Below the pieces are notes generated by a model. That model worked only from the letters and a program-made list of their open reading frames with translations. It was not told the DNA's origin and searched no databases. Of a DNA stretch of 6,860 nt, positions 6,460 through 6,860 are shown one piece after another (the first letter of the stretch is position 1; every line of letters begins with the position of its first letter). The stretch lies in NCBI GenBank assembly GCA_051294375.1, contig JBJCIZ010000997.1, positions 2,659-9,518 on the forward strand. The letters run 5' to 3'. This DNA is from Paraspadella gotoi. Lineage: Eukaryota > Animalia > Chaetognatha. Both the position numbers and the translations under genes were made by a program.

Positions 6460-6850
6460 TCCGATTTTGACAATTTCATATTACCAGCTTCGACTATTTA
6501 CAATCTCCAGCATTTGTACATTCCTCTTTGTGCATTTCCCTCTTTCCACCATTTATGCAATTTCGACATTCAACCCATTCCGGTATTTCGCGCGATCCCG
6601 GCATACGAACCATTTCAGCATTTCTCAATTCCACCAACCCGGCCAATCACTTCATTTGGGCATTCCTTGTATTCCACCATTACAACATTCCTGAATTCCA
6701 CCAACCCGGCAATCCCTCATTTGGGCATTCCTGTATTCCACCATGTATCAGCATTCTCGCATTTTAGCAGTCACTATTTTCAGCATTGCCAACATTCCAC
6801 CATTCCCGCATGACACTATCCGACATTACTGAAATTCTGGAATTCCAATC
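6460..6850. repeat. Degenerate CATTCC/CATTTC-rich tandem array with a ~67-bp higher-order duplication
   Basis: AATTCCACCAACCCGGC...TCATTTGGGCATTCC(T)TGTATTCCACCAT occurs at 6627-6680 and 6694-6744, embedded in many short CATTY units. Confidence 0.75.
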
Positions 6851-6860
6851 TCTCTCTTTT

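Noticed and set aside
6307-6813. 168-aa ORF and overlapping ORFs as genes; the repeats as a CRISPR array
   Set aside because: The ORFs run through a degenerate tandem array. The repeats lack the constant-repeat/unique-spacer layout, and the context is eukaryotic.

Overview
AT-rich eukaryotic DNA, probably from an invertebrate animal (inferred from microsatellites, GT-AG introns and many TE relics). I recognise no intact protein-coding gene, and most ORFs in the track are low-complexity artefacts. The main signal is three short non-coding elements with LTR-type TG...CA ends (one end mutated in two of them) and 4-bp target-site duplications (TSDs). Two of them (541-831 and 5323-5517) are diverged relatives carrying a tRNA-like Pol III A-box/B-box cassette on the minus strand, consistent with solo LTRs of a Helenus-type TRIM. 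The third (66-320) is almost entirely base-paired and has no recognisable tRNA or ribozyme core. The window also holds a degenerate minimal hammerhead ribozyme in a Penelope-like context (3694-3734), a DINE-1/Helentron-like relic (~1568-2090), two disrupted spliced minus-strand reading frames, and several simple or tandem repeats. All calls come from reading the sequence by eye; no searches or folding programs were run.
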